DNA of 64,000 nucleotides. It comes from a virus (taxonomy: Duplodnaviria; Caudoviricetes). Each line of letters begins with the position of its first letter. Position 1 is the first letter of the stretch. This document shows positions 29,909 through 40,645 of this stretch, one piece after another. The translations under genes and the position numbers were made by a program. The stretch covers positions 1 through 64,000 of IMG/VR virus record IMGVR_UViG_3300012983_000035; one strand, written 5' to 3'. Below the pieces are notes generated by a model. It was not told the origin of the DNA. It saw only the letters and a program-made list of their open reading frames with translations, and made no database searches.

Positions 29909-29937
29909 AATACTGGGCCAATTAAAGGCCCAGTATT
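29909..29937. terminator. Bidirectional terminator
   Basis: aatactgggcc-aattaaa-ggcccagtatt. Confidence 0.8.
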
Positions 29938-29938
29938 T

Positions 29939-31405
29939 TTATTTGTAAAGTTTGTTAGATCTTTCTTTTAGTGGATCTAATACATTACGTTTAAAATCAG
30001 CATCATTAGCCGCTGCTTCCTCTATACTCTTTTTACAAGTTTTTTGGAAGAGCTTATATAACAAACCTTTTTTACCAGATGCATATACATATTCATCATA
30101 AATAGCTTTTAGTTCATCCATTTGTTTTAAAATTTCTGCTTTTTGAGAAGCAGATAATTCTTTGTTATTATCCAATTCGTATTTACAAGCAATATAATTA
30201 TTTGCTACACGTTTTGGATCAGATGGATACCCAGCAGCAGCATCAGCAAAATCTTCGACGAGTTCACTGTATGATGAAAGTGTATCTAGCATCGGTATTT
30301 TTGTTATATTTCCTGAGCTATCGTATGTTATGCGTTTTTGTAATTTTTTTTGAGCAGATTGTAACTCTGGACCTAACCCATAAGCAAATGCGAAGTTATC
30401 TGCTATAGATTCTTCAGTCGATATCATATTAGCATTTTCATTTGTTTCTTTTATTTTTTTATTGTATTTTAATATTGATGGTATTAAAAAAGGTATAAAA
30501 AATGTAAAGAAAAATCCTCCAATACTTTTAAATATTTTATCAAATATAGAATCTTTCTTTTTATAAATTACATAACTTGGTGAATCTAGATGACTACCTT
30601 TATTAACCTCAACGTATTTTGATACAGATTTAGTATCTAAATTTTTGAAATCAATTATAATAGATTTTGATAATTTATCATCTACGTTTGTGTTTTTTAG
30701 AAGAGATCTTGCTGTTTCATATGTCTCATCATTATTTTTATCAATAACGTTAGACAATTCATCTAATATCTCTTGTTTGATTTCTTTTTCGTTTTCACCA
30801 GGTTCAATTTTTATTTTCACAGACCCATCTAATATTTTTAACATGTAATGTTTTAAAATGTATATATCTAACCCGTGAACAATTTGAACTGTAGCATGTC
30901 CTAATTCATGTAGGATAATTGCAACAATTTCTTTATCAGAAAAAATATCATTTTTTAACACATTCAATGAAAATACTAAATTTACATATACGCCATTTTT
31001 ATTTTTGAATCTATATCCGTTTTTGGATTCTATAATTTCATCGAAACTGTTTTTTAACTTCTTGTATTCGGATTCATTTTTATAGATATTTTTATTGAAT
31101 ATTGCTCCTATGTTGTAAAATGTGTTTTTACTTGTGTAACCGATAGTACATTTTTCAATATTCATTTCTTCTTCTATAATTTGTGATAATTCTTTAGTTT
31201 CACTTTCGATGAGTTTAACTATATCGCTATATTTGATAAGAGGTTTATCTTCGACTATTGAAAATATTTTGGATCTCATTAATGAGATATTACTTTCAAG
31301 TCTTGAAACAAGAGGGTTATTTATCCCGAAGTATGCTTCCTGGCTTTTTACATTATTCTGAACTATTTCCATTATCGTTTTCCTCGTCATCGTTGTTGAA
31401 TCCAT
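29939..31405 (-). CDS. Zinc metallopeptidase-like protein
   Basis: EIVAIILHELGH (HExxH) and downstream EESIADNFA (M48-like third ligand). Confidence 0.7.
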   Translation of the reverse strand: MDSTTMTRKTIMEIVQNNVKSQEAYFGINNPLVSRLESNISLMRSKIFSIVEDKPLIKYSDIVKLIESETKELSQIIEEEMNIEKCTIGYTSKNTFYNIGAIFNKNIYKNESEYKKLKNSFDEIIESKNGYRFKNKNGVYVNLVFSLNVLKNDIFSDKEIVAIILHELGHATVQIVHGLDIYILKHYMLKILDGSVKIKIEPGENEKEIKQEILDELSNVIDKNNDETYETARSLLKNTNVDDKLSKSIIIDFKNLDTKSVSKYVEVNKGSHLDSPSYVIYKKKDSIFDKIFKSIGGFFFTFFIPFLIPSILKYNKKIKETNENANMISTEESIADNFAFAYGLGPELQSAQKKLQKRITYDSSGNITKIPMLDTLSSYSELVEDFADAAAGYPSDPKRVANNYIACKYELDNNKELSASQKAEILKQMDELKAIYDEYVYASGKKGLLYKLFQKTCKKSIEEAAANDADFKRNVLDPLKERSNKLYK

Positions 31406-32786
31406 AAATTGATATCGTAGATGTAATTACGAATCTAGCATTGTTTGTTACATTTAGAGGAGAACTAAAATCTGTGAAAACTACTTCATTGATGTATCTT
31501 AATTCATCTGCTAACCATGTAGAAATATTTTGGAAAATAGGAGAAGTATTTTTAAACTGGTTTAGATATTGAATGATTCTGTTTACATATGACATTATCT
31601 GAACAGTTTTACTGTGATCTGAACCATTTCCCATAACATATGTGTTAAAGATAACAAAAGGTAAATATCTTATTAATTTAACTGCGTAAACTATGATGTC
31701 TCTAGCTTCATCAACAAAGAATTTATCCATACAAGATAAGTTGTTAGAGAAATTGAAATCTCCCATTGTGTTATCTGTAAATCGTTTAAAAGCATTAGAT
31801 TTAGCAAAAACACTTTCAATTTGATTGTATGGTACATCCACAAAACCTTTGTAGAATTCCAAAGGATTCAACGAGGCATTAGACTTGAATTTAATGTACT
31901 CAAGCATGAATAATATTAAATTTTCACTTTCTTTTGATTTGAATTTCTTAATTAAATTAGGATATTTTTTGAAGATATCCATTTCTAATTTAGATTCGGT
32001 AGTATACCCTTTTGATGAGATATTTTGACCTTCGTTTTTAAATAACACTTCTAGATTATGAATATCGCCAGTTATTCTTGATCTATAACTGTCTGTATAG
32101 ATAGCTGTAAACATGCTTTTAATTAAATCAACAACCAATGAATCTACTACTTTACCTTTGTATTCGACGTTTTCTATAGATGAACCAAGAGTTCCTTTAT
32201 TTGTAAAGTCAGCGTATCTACAAACTAAGATATTAGCAATATATTTTTTAGGAATAGCTACTACAATGCTAATATCATTAGGATTTTCGAAAGTGAAGAA
32301 TTTGTTTTCCCATTTAGGTTGAATTTCAGATTCACCACAAGTGCTCATCTTTTTAGTAACGAATGTTGTAATTCCTTGTTGGCTACCAATGTGTTCTGAT
32401 TCTGAATCTATAATCATTGCTACAAGATTTTTAACCTTTGTGGCTTTCTGTAGTTCAGAGGTTAGAGCAATTTCTCCTTGAGAATATCTTGTTCTATTAA
32501 CTTTTGTAACAGAAGAGATATCATTAGCAATCGCTAAACCTAGGAAAGGTTGAACTAATTGACCTAATGCATATTTTATATTCTCGTTAATTTCCACAGT
32601 ATTATTTGGGAAAATTTTGTTCATTAACATGAATGTTCTAAATCCACGTTTAACTAATACTTTAGAATTTCTGTTACCTATAAAAGCAAAGAATTTTTCT
32701 TTTGCTCCTGGCTCTGTAATATATCTATTATAAGGTGATTGTGAACCAAATACCATGGCATCGTTTTGTAAAACAACTGTTGACAT
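31353..32786 (-). CDS. Hypothetical protein (possibly virion)
   Basis: 477 aa; GGAGG RBS; AACA-N6-TG upstream (32816-32827, minus strand). Confidence 0.75.
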   Translation of the reverse strand: MSTVVLQNDAMVFGSQSPYNRYITEPGAKEKFFAFIGNRNSKVLVKRGFRTFMLMNKIFPNNTVEINENIKYALGQLVQPFLGLAIANDISSVTKVNRTRYSQGEIALTSELQKATKVKNLVAMIIDSESEHIGSQQGITTFVTKKMSTCGESEIQPKWENKFFTFENPNDISIVVAIPKKYIANILVCRYADFTNKGTLGSSIENVEYKGKVVDSLVVDLIKSMFTAIYTDSYRSRITGDIHNLEVLFKNEGQNISSKGYTTESKLEMDIFKKYPNLIKKFKSKESENLILFMLEYIKFKSNASLNPLEFYKGFVDVPYNQIESVFAKSNAFKRFTDNTMGDFNFSNNLSCMDKFFVDEARDIIVYAVKLIRYLPFVIFNTYVMGNGSDHSKTVQIMSYVNRIIQYLNQFKNTSPIFQNISTWLADELRYINEVVFTDFSSPLNVTNNARFVITSTISIYGFNNDDEENDNGNSSE

Positions 32787-32987
32787 TTGAATTCCTCCAT
32801 TTAAATTTTATTAATCATTATTTTGTTTTTTAATAAATGACTAACTTTACATTGAGTTAAATATAGGAAAACCGAGACTTCAAACCGATTTATCCGTATA
32901 TATTAATATAATAGTGAACAACAAAAGTGTAACTAAACAGAAAATAATTGTTGTGATTATATAAATTTTATTGGAGGTAATAGGGTC

Positions 32988-35900
32988 ATGGCCAAATTTA
33001 AATGGGATAATGACACCATTTCTGGAAATCAGATTACTGAGGTACTCATTTCTCAATATGGGTTCACTCAGCCAGTATCTGTTAACTTGGATAATATGAC
33101 AAGGAGAATAAGTTATAAGAACTCTTTGATTCCAATGTTTTGTAACAGATGTGGAACTTCGTTTTCTATGAGTCCAAAAATGGTGTGCGAAGCATTTGAT
33201 ACAAGAGGTTATGTTTGCTCTAATTGTGGTAATCTTACTGATGAAGAAATTAGAAGTAAGAAGAAACAAGAAATGGCTGAAGGAACAGTTGACTTTGCTA
33301 AAGAAAGAGGCATTGACATCGAAGAAATTGAAGCCGAACAAGAGCGAAAGGAACAAGAGGAAAGAGAACATGAAGAGCAACTTGCATTGTCGGTAGACGA
33401 TATTATTTCAGCAAATGAAGAAATTGATGAAGAACCAACTGTGTCTACTGAAAGCTCAACTCCTATTGAAGTTGAAGAAGAAGCTATCGAATCTGAATCA
33501 GAAGACGACGATTACAGTAAATATATGGCAACAGATGATGACGATAATGTTTCTTTGGAAGATATGATTGGTTCTACTGATGATATCGATATTGAAGCTG
33601 ATGATTTTGATGATTCAATTGATGTTGATGTTGAAGATAATGAAGAAGATCTTGATGTTGATGTTGAAACAATTGTTTCTGATATCGAAGAAGATCCAGA
33701 TCCAAATGATGAAGAATCTACTGGTCAATCGGTAACAGAAGAACCTGTAGTAACTATTGAACCAGATAAAACACCGGAACCTATTAAAGCTGAAATTGTT
33801 AATGATAAACCAGAAATTGAACCCGAAGAGACTGAAGAACCTGAGGATTCATTTATTGTTAATGGTGAACGTCTTACACCAGATGATATCCGAGAACAAT
33901 GTATAGCTACTGAAAAAGAAGTTAAAAAGATTCTTGGTTACTGGCCATATCAGCGAAAAATTGTTCCAGAAAATGATTCCATCAGAATGCATTGTGGAAT
34001 CTGTGGTAAACCGTTCTATATTGATTCTATTCCTAGCTTAGCAACTAAGGTTATATCATTAACTAAAGAATATTGTGAAGCTAGAGGAATCAAATATAAA
34101 CCACAATTAAATAATAAAGTTTCTAAGTTGTCATATTGTCCACATTGTTTGAAATCAATTTCATCAAAAGGATACAATGAATATCTTAGAGAAACTGTTG
34201 AATTGATTTGTAAAAGAGTTAATTTGACAATAATTAATCCAGAAAAATACTGGTTTGCTGGTTTCTTAGATCAAATCACAGTTGCAGCAAATGGTGTAGA
34301 GAAGACAGTTACTATTCGCGAATTCCTTGAGAAATACGACTGTATTTCAGATGCAAGAACTCTTGATGAATTTAAGCCGAGAGGAACCGCCGTGAAAAGT
34401 ACGACTGATGAAAAGACAGAAAAGCCTAAATATACAATTACAAACAAGGTTGATGAAAGCAAGAAACAAACTGAGACTAGAGGGTTTAAGTTTGTATCCA
34501 ATAATCCTGGGCCTTTTAACGGAACATCTGTTGATTCGAACGCTAAACTTGAAGAAGAAGCCGAACTTCAGAATTCATCAGTCAAAGAAAACTCTGTGTT
34601 CCACATCAATCAAACTATTAAAGATGAACATTCAACTTTTGCGAAACTCAACGATAAGCTTAATCCATTTGCACGTGCAAAATCTCTTGAAAGTACATTT
34701 CAGAAGTCACCATTTGCATCGTTTATATCGGATCTGTCGGATGAAACAAATGTAGAATGTACATTAACAATCAACAGTAGAACATTTGAAATTCCTATCA
34801 TTGATTTTGAAAATGGATTCAGAATCATTTGTGTGGATATTGATAATAATTCTATGACAAAGATTCCATATAATGTGGTATCTAAATGTATAGGATTCCC
34901 ATATAGAGATGAAAATGGAAAACCTATAAAAGATTTTAAAACACTTGTATTGTATAGTGATTCAGTTGAACGACGAAGAAGTGCAACAATGGATGCTTTA
35001 ATCAAATTCATTAATCCAAAAGTTCTTCCTTATAAAGATAAAAAGATTGTAATGGAAGATACGATTTTCACACAATACACCGATTATAATCAGTATTTAA
35101 AAGAATTTGATTCACAGTATTCTACTTTCCCTGGTGGAAAACCAAAAACTGGACAGCTCGGTATCGTAGCTACATGGACAGATGATAATTCAGCAAAAGC
35201 TGACTTTAGATCTATCATGAGATTCCAGATGATGGTCCAAGAAGGAAATAAAGCTTCTTTGAATCAATTGAATAACGATTATGAACAATACATGGTTGCA
35301 TCAATCAAGTATATTGAACGTCTTAATAAAACAACTGGACGAGTTTCATATGTAATTACAGATTACGTTGAAATTGGTTCAGCGATTATCGCGGACGGAT
35401 TCTTACAGTGTGTTAGAGCATTGTTGAGAGAATATACTAAGAAATATCCAACTATGTCAAATATCTTGCCACATATCATTTTGGAAATCGATCCAAACGT
35501 TTATCCTTCTCCTTCACTTCGTTCTTATATTGAAAAAGGAACTTTGTGTTTAATGGATGAAGTATATAAAGCTGTAACTGATGGTAACAGCAATATTAAT
35601 AAACTTGGAAAAGATCAACATCTCAAATACACTTATGTCAGAAGAGCAGAATATAGATCTGCAACAAAAGACAGCGATTGGTGTAGACAAGATATGCGAA
35701 TGTTCGGAGCAGGAACTCTAGCAGCAACAATGTCTGAAGAATTGAAGACAGCTGGAATTGCTAGTGGAATTTCTGATGATGGAACTCGTTTAGCATTCAT
35801 TTCTAATATGGGCTTCACTAAAAACAATCAACTTGAGGTTAAAGAATATTTCGTTGACCAGAATGTTGTTCAGCAACTTCTTATGGATGGAAAAACTGCA

Positions 35901-36284
35901 CTTATGCAGAAGCTTCCTAGTCCAGAAGAAATGTTCACAAAATCAGGATTGGTTGGAAGTTCAGGTGATGGATTCAATATTAATAGCGTAATGAGCAACC
36001 CAGCTCTTATGCATAAATATATGAATATTATGCAAAACGGAACACCTGAAGCTAAGAATTATTTCATAAACAACGTCATGTATCCTAATCAAGGAGCAAA
36101 TATGATGAATGGAATGTTCAATGGCATGAACGGTGGTATGATGCCTAATATGGGAATGGGAATGCCAATGATGGGTAACCAGATGGGTATGATGAATCCT
36201 ATGATGGGCGGAATGAATATGGGTGTGGGTCAAATGCAAATGCCAGGTATGGGTATGATGCCTGGGATGAACTTTGGTCGATAA
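32988..36284 (+). CDS. Large protein with Zn ribbons, acidic linker and Met/Gly-rich low-complexity C-terminus
   Basis: CNRC..CSNC and CGIC..CPHC; long D/E-rich stretch; C-terminus MMPNMGMGMPMMGNQMGMMNPMMGGMNMG. Confidence 0.85.
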   Translation: MAKFKWDNDTISGNQITEVLISQYGFTQPVSVNLDNMTRRISYKNSLIPMFCNRCGTSFSMSPKMVCEAFDTRGYVCSNCGNLTDEEIRSKKKQEMAEGTVDFAKERGIDIEEIEAEQERKEQEEREHEEQLALSVDDIISANEEIDEEPTVSTESSTPIEVEEEAIESESEDDDYSKYMATDDDDNVSLEDMIGSTDDIDIEADDFDDSIDVDVEDNEEDLDVDVETIVSDIEEDPDPNDEESTGQSVTEEPVVTIEPDKTPEPIKAEIVNDKPEIEPEETEEPEDSFIVNGERLTPDDIREQCIATEKEVKKILGYWPYQRKIVPENDSIRMHCGICGKPFYIDSIPSLATKVISLTKEYCEARGIKYKPQLNNKVSKLSYCPHCLKSISSKGYNEYLRETVELICKRVNLTIINPEKYWFAGFLDQITVAANGVEKTVTIREFLEKYDCISDARTLDEFKPRGTAVKSTTDEKTEKPKYTITNKVDESKKQTETRGFKFVSNNPGPFNGTSVDSNAKLEEEAELQNSSVKENSVFHINQTIKDEHSTFAKLNDKLNPFARAKSLESTFQKSPFASFISDLSDETNVECTLTINSRTFEIPIIDFENGFRIICVDIDNNSMTKIPYNVVSKCIGFPYRDENGKPIKDFKTLVLYSDSVERRRSATMDALIKFINPKVLPYKDKKIVMEDTIFTQYTDYNQYLKEFDSQYSTFPGGKPKTGQLGIVATWTDDNSAKADFRSIMRFQMMVQEGNKASLNQLNNDYEQYMVASIKYIERLNKTTGRVSYVITDYVEIGSAIIADGFLQCVRALLREYTKKYPTMSNILPHIILEIDPNVYPSPSLRSYIEKGTLCLMDEVYKAVTDGNSNINKLGKDQHLKYTYVRRAEYRSATKDSDWCRQDMRMFGAGTLAATMSEELKTAGIASGISDDGTRLAFISNMGFTKNNQLEVKEYFVDQNVVQQLLMDGKTALMQKLPSPEEMFTKSGLVGSSGDGFNINSVMSNPALMHKYMNIMQNGTPEAKNYFINNVMYPNQGANMMNGMFNGMNGGMMPNMGMGMPMMGNQMGMMNPMMGGMNMGVGQMQMPGMGMMPGMNFGR

Positions 36285-37386
36285 AAACAATACCGGAATA
36301 TAATTCAATTCCGGTGCATTTTAAATTCACAAATTAAAATAAAGAAATATATTATTAATTTGATAAACTATGTTAAGGAGAAATAATAACATGAGTAACG
36401 AAGCAACAACAGCAGAAAACCAGAAAAAGGCTGAAGAACAACAGCGCTATTTTATGCAGATGCAAAAGAACATGATGAGACAGAATTATGCTCAGCAGAT
36501 TATGGGAGCATTTAATACTATCTCTGCTTACAAAGTTCTTAAAACAGCATCTCAGTACGGAATGATCTTCCCTGTAGATTACAACTCAAAAATGGTTCTT
36601 TCACAGAAACTTTATCAGGCACTTGTTTTGAATAACACAAGCACAGATGAAGATGAATGGAAAACTTTGGCTAATTCTCTCATGATGGCTCAACAACAGA
36701 CAATGAGAAACATGTTGTTTAGCCCACAGATGAATAACGGTATGATGCCTAATATGGGAATGGGAATGCCAATGATGGGTAACCAGATGGGTATGATGAA
36801 TCCTATGATGGGCGGAATGAATATGGGTACGGGTCAAATGCCAGGTATGGGTATGATGAATCCTATGATGGGAATGGGAATGCCAATGATGGGTAACCAG
36901 ATGGGTATGATGGGAATGAACCAACCACAGGCTGCACAAGTTGGAAACGATAAACAGAACAACGTTAACAATTTGAAGAGCTATATCCAGGCAAACCTTT
37001 TTAATACAGATCCAGTAGTATTGATTTCAATTCTCATGAACAATGGTCTTGAATTCGATGACAGTGATCTTGATAGAATTCTCGGACAGACTCTAGCAAA
37101 TTCAGCTTATTACATGGATGACAATTCTATTGTGTATTTCTATCAGATCGTCGTATCTCTATACAACGTAAGTATTCAACAGGGAAAAGATGGAAATGCT
37201 GCTCCTAATCAGCATAACATGATGGGAATGGGAATGCCAATGATGGGTAACCAGATGGGTATGATGAATCCTATGATGGGCGGAATGAATATGGGTGTGG
37301 GTCAAATGCAAATGCCAGGTATGGGTATGATGAATCCTATGATGGGAATGGGAATGCCAATGATGGGTAACCAGATGGGTATGATG
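36150..37386 (+). repeat. Five identical 45-nt units encoding MGMGMPMMGNQMGMM, shared by two genes
   Basis: atgggaatgggaatgccaatgatgggtaaccagatgggtatgatg at 36150, 36754, 36868, 37222 and 37342. Confidence 0.9.
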
Positions 37387-37455
37387 GGAATGAACCATAT
37401 GCAAATGCCAGGTATGGGAAACCCAAATCCTAATGGATTAAATGCTCTATATTAA
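36391..37455 (+). CDS. Met/Gly/Gln/Asn-rich low-complexity protein
   Basis: Two M/G repeat blocks alternating with helical-looking segments; AAGGAG RBS; TATATT-N7-TG at 36348. Confidence 0.85.
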   Translation: MSNEATTAENQKKAEEQQRYFMQMQKNMMRQNYAQQIMGAFNTISAYKVLKTASQYGMIFPVDYNSKMVLSQKLYQALVLNNTSTDEDEWKTLANSLMMAQQQTMRNMLFSPQMNNGMMPNMGMGMPMMGNQMGMMNPMMGGMNMGTGQMPGMGMMNPMMGMGMPMMGNQMGMMGMNQPQAAQVGNDKQNNVNNLKSYIQANLFNTDPVVLISILMNNGLEFDDSDLDRILGQTLANSAYYMDDNSIVYFYQIVVSLYNVSIQQGKDGNAAPNQHNMMGMGMPMMGNQMGMMNPMMGGMNMGVGQMQMPGMGMMNPMMGMGMPMMGNQMGMMGMNHMQMPGMGNPNPNGLNALY

Positions 37456-37533
37456 TAGCGTAAACTGATAACAAAATCCTAGAGAAAGAATTAACTTTCT
37501 CTAGGATTATTTTATTTTTAGGCAGGCAAAACG

Positions 37534-38451
37534 ATGTTAGGAAACAATAAATTTATTGAATTAAAAAGGTTCCAAGGAGACGAATTACAAAAAATAATTT
37601 TAGATCCTTTAGATACATTGATAACTAATATTAATAAATATACTGTCATACCAATTTATGTATGCAACTTCATTGTATCCAAGTTTGATATGATTCCTAA
37701 AATGGTTCTGGTTGCTTATGATGATAAATCACTTATAACAGAAGTAGTTGCATCGGATTCTATGTTGGAATCTATATTGATGGAAAAAACACCAGATGTA
37801 GTTTCACCTACAATAATGGTATATCAAAATGATGTGCCTAGAAACAGTATAACGTTTAATTGTGATGAGAATTATTATTATTCTACATCATACTTAATAT
37901 ATGGAAAAGATATAAAAACTCTTATAAAAGAAAATCTTATAACTGATGTAATTATTCGTGGAGATCCACTTAAAACGAATATCTCTATAGATATAAAAGG
38001 TAATTTTGATCAACAAGGTTTGTTTATAAAAGTTCCAGATTCGGCATCAGTGTTGAAACTTCCGTTGCACAATTACGTTCGTAGACATGAAACGTATAAT
38101 GACATATTCTCAAAAGTTGCTAATCAAGAAGGAGTGCTTATTAGTGACCAAACTTATTTAGGAGAATTGTTTTCTGAAGTAAAAGACGAACAATCTTGTA
38201 TGATAAAAAATACAAACGGAATACAGCTTTTTAAAGATTTCATGAAACAAAAGCCAACAGCATTGATTGTTTATAGTAATAAAGGAAATAGTTCTTTTGC
38301 TAAATTAGGTTTAAAAGTTGAGCCTAATTTAAACATAGTCGATGTTGCATTGGAAATGTCTTATGTAGGAAATAAAGTTACTCATATGGTTTTCTATAGA
38401 TATATTGAAAATATAGTAGATAAGATCGTTGGAAACTATGATGAGCGTTAA
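37534..38451 (+). CDS. Hypothetical protein
   Basis: 305-aa ORF upstream of beta'. Confidence 0.75.
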   Translation: MLGNNKFIELKRFQGDELQKIILDPLDTLITNINKYTVIPIYVCNFIVSKFDMIPKMVLVAYDDKSLITEVVASDSMLESILMEKTPDVVSPTIMVYQNDVPRNSITFNCDENYYYSTSYLIYGKDIKTLIKENLITDVIIRGDPLKTNISIDIKGNFDQQGLFIKVPDSASVLKLPLHNYVRRHETYNDIFSKVANQEGVLISDQTYLGELFSEVKDEQSCMIKNTNGIQLFKDFMKQKPTALIVYSNKGNSSFAKLGLKVEPNLNIVDVALEMSYVGNKVTHMVFYRYIENIVDKIVGNYDER

Positions 38452-38471
38452 AATATTGTGGAGGTAACAAA

Positions 38472-40016
38472 ATGCTATTAAATGACTTTTCTAGTCAAAT
38501 TGATCAAGAGGAGATCAAGGCTATTAAAGACAAAAAACCTAGATTGAAGGATATTATAGGTTATAGACAAGTATTTGCTGATTGGGAAGCAAGATATAAT
38601 AAAGAGAAATCTGAAGGAATAATCGTAGAAGTATCAAATGATGTATCTGTAAACAAACAGACCATGCAAGCAGTAGGAGATTCCATTTATGCTAAGGAAC
38701 TTGGAGACCTACCAGATACAGATAGAGATATTCGTGAATTCTCTTGTGATTGTGGAAATGTCTATGGTCGTTTTTATGAAGGTGCAATTTGTCCAGAATG
38801 TGGTACAAAAGTACGTTCACAATATAACAGAGATATTAAACGTGTTGGTTGGATAAACATTTATCCATTCTATATAATAAATCCTAATGCTTATGAAAAA
38901 TTGACAAAAGTAATAGGTACAAAAAATCTCCCAAAAATTCTGCAATATAACATTGAAATTGATTTGGATGGAAATCTTAAACCAGTTTCAGATACAATAA
39001 CCACAAAAGGTGGAATCGTTAAACAAAATGTTCCATATGCAAATACAGGTATGATAGAGTTTAGAAACAATTTTGATACAATTGTTTCATACTATGGATC
39101 TTCTAGAGGTGAAGAAGAAATGGCTAAGTATCTTATTGAAAATAAAGATAAAATATTTAGTAGTTATATACCTGTAAGTTCAATATATCTTCGTCCAACA
39201 TTTGTTTCATCTAAAAAGAAAAGCGTTTCTTATGATAAGACAAATGCAATATATGTTAAGATATTAGCTAATGCTAAACTTTTACGTCGTGTTATGAAAA
39301 AAGATGTTGAGTTAAAGCGAGCATTGAATGTTGTGTATGATATACAGAAAGGACTCCAAGAAATATATGTATTAACCATAAAGACTAAATTGTCTGGTAA
39401 AAATAAGATTATTCGTGGAGCAATCTTAGGAAACAGAATGAATTTCAGTTCACGTATGGTCATTAGATCATTCACTGGTGTTCATTGTGGAATGGGTAAA
39501 ATTGGTATGAGTTATAAAGGATTTCTTGAATTAAATCTTCTTGAAATCATAAATGCATTGATGCGAGGTTATGGTGATCCAAAGTTTACTCAGATGACTG
39601 TATATGAAGTTATGGAATATGTGACTAGAGCACAATATAAAGACACGATTGATCCTGATATATGGAAGATCATGCAATTGATGCTCAAACATAGACCATA
39701 TAATCCAGCAGTAGCAAACAGACCGCCAACTTTAAATATCGGTAGTATTCAGTATTTTGAAGTTGGATATATAACTCCTGATGCAAAAGATAAAACAGCT
39801 CAGATACCATTGTCATCGTTGCCATCAGCAAACGCTGACTTTGATGGTGATACGTTGTCATTCTATTCTCCAAAAGAAAAGAGAGTAATAGAAGAATTTA
39901 AACGAGGTCTATCTCCTACTAGATTGATAGTAGATCCAACAGGAGATGGATATATTAATAAAGAATTCTTGATGATTAAGGATGAATATACATCATTGAT
40001 TTCATTCTTATCATAA
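38472..40016 (+). CDS. RNA polymerase beta'-like subunit, N-terminal part with catalytic motif
   Basis: Zn finger CDCG..CPEC, ILGNRMNFSSRMVI, NRPPTL, NADFDGD. Confidence 0.92.
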   Translation: MLLNDFSSQIDQEEIKAIKDKKPRLKDIIGYRQVFADWEARYNKEKSEGIIVEVSNDVSVNKQTMQAVGDSIYAKELGDLPDTDRDIREFSCDCGNVYGRFYEGAICPECGTKVRSQYNRDIKRVGWINIYPFYIINPNAYEKLTKVIGTKNLPKILQYNIEIDLDGNLKPVSDTITTKGGIVKQNVPYANTGMIEFRNNFDTIVSYYGSSRGEEEMAKYLIENKDKIFSSYIPVSSIYLRPTFVSSKKKSVSYDKTNAIYVKILANAKLLRRVMKKDVELKRALNVVYDIQKGLQEIYVLTIKTKLSGKNKIIRGAILGNRMNFSSRMVIRSFTGVHCGMGKIGMSYKGFLELNLLEIINALMRGYGDPKFTQMTVYEVMEYVTRAQYKDTIDPDIWKIMQLMLKHRPYNPAVANRPPTLNIGSIQYFEVGYITPDAKDKTAQIPLSSLPSANADFDGDTLSFYSPKEKRVIEEFKRGLSPTRLIVDPTGDGYINKEFLMIKDEYTSLISFLS

Positions 40017-40095
40017 AAGAATTGTGGGTGCCATATAGTACCTGCTAATATTATAAATTGTCGTAATAAACGACTGAAAGTTAAGGAGAACACTT

Positions 40096-40311
40096 ATGAG
40101 AAGTGCACCAAAAAAGAGTATGCCTGTAGTATTGAAAAATACTAAGGATTCACCAGTAATGTATATCACTGGTATCGATGAAGCAACAAACGAAGTTCAG
40201 ACTGTTTGGGTTGATAAGATCGGTGCTCCATACACCGGAAAATTCAGCACTGATGTGCTAGAAAAATATAAAGAACCTTCAAATAAAGAACCTTCAAATA
40301 AGGATAACTAA
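40096..40311 (+). CDS. Small protein, possibly YodC/DUF2158-like
   Basis: VVLK...SPVMYI...VQTVW...F...L pattern; AAGGAG RBS. Confidence 0.5.
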   Translation: MRSAPKKSMPVVLKNTKDSPVMYITGIDEATNEVQTVWVDKIGAPYTGKFSTDVLEKYKEPSNKEPSNKDN

Positions 40312-40384
40312 GTTTGTTAAGGGTATTCTGACTGTTGTCGCACACGGTTAGGATACCCTTTATTTTTTCTATTGGAGAAGTAAA

Positions 40385-40528
40385 ATGAAACCGTTGTTAG
40401 TTGTTATCTTAGTATTCACAGGTATAATTTGTCTAAGTATAATTGTATCTCTTATTAAAGATGCAATTGAACTAATAAAGACTATTAAAATTAGTAAAAC
40501 TGCTGAAAAAGACAAAACAAACGATTAA
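40385..40528 (+). CDS. Small membrane protein (47 aa)
   Basis: MKPLLVVILVFTGIICLSIIVSLIK...; GGAG RBS. Confidence 0.55.
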   Translation: MKPLLVVILVFTGIICLSIIVSLIKDAIELIKTIKISKTAEKDKTND

Positions 40529-40645
40529 ATATAAAGCGGCTGAATATGCCGCTTTAGTTTATTTTTTCTATATAAAATAGTGTTTTTATAAAAATTAAAC
40601 ATACTTATGAGCTAATCTTGATAACTCTACAATGGAGATTAAAAT

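Noticed and set aside
35961-37404. His-rich minus-strand ORFs
   Set aside because: Antisense shadows of the ATG/GGT-rich repeats.
32988-38451. Chimallin (nuclear shell) gene upstream of beta'
   Set aside because: No ORF here is recognisable as ChmA by size or motif; a structure search is needed to exclude it.
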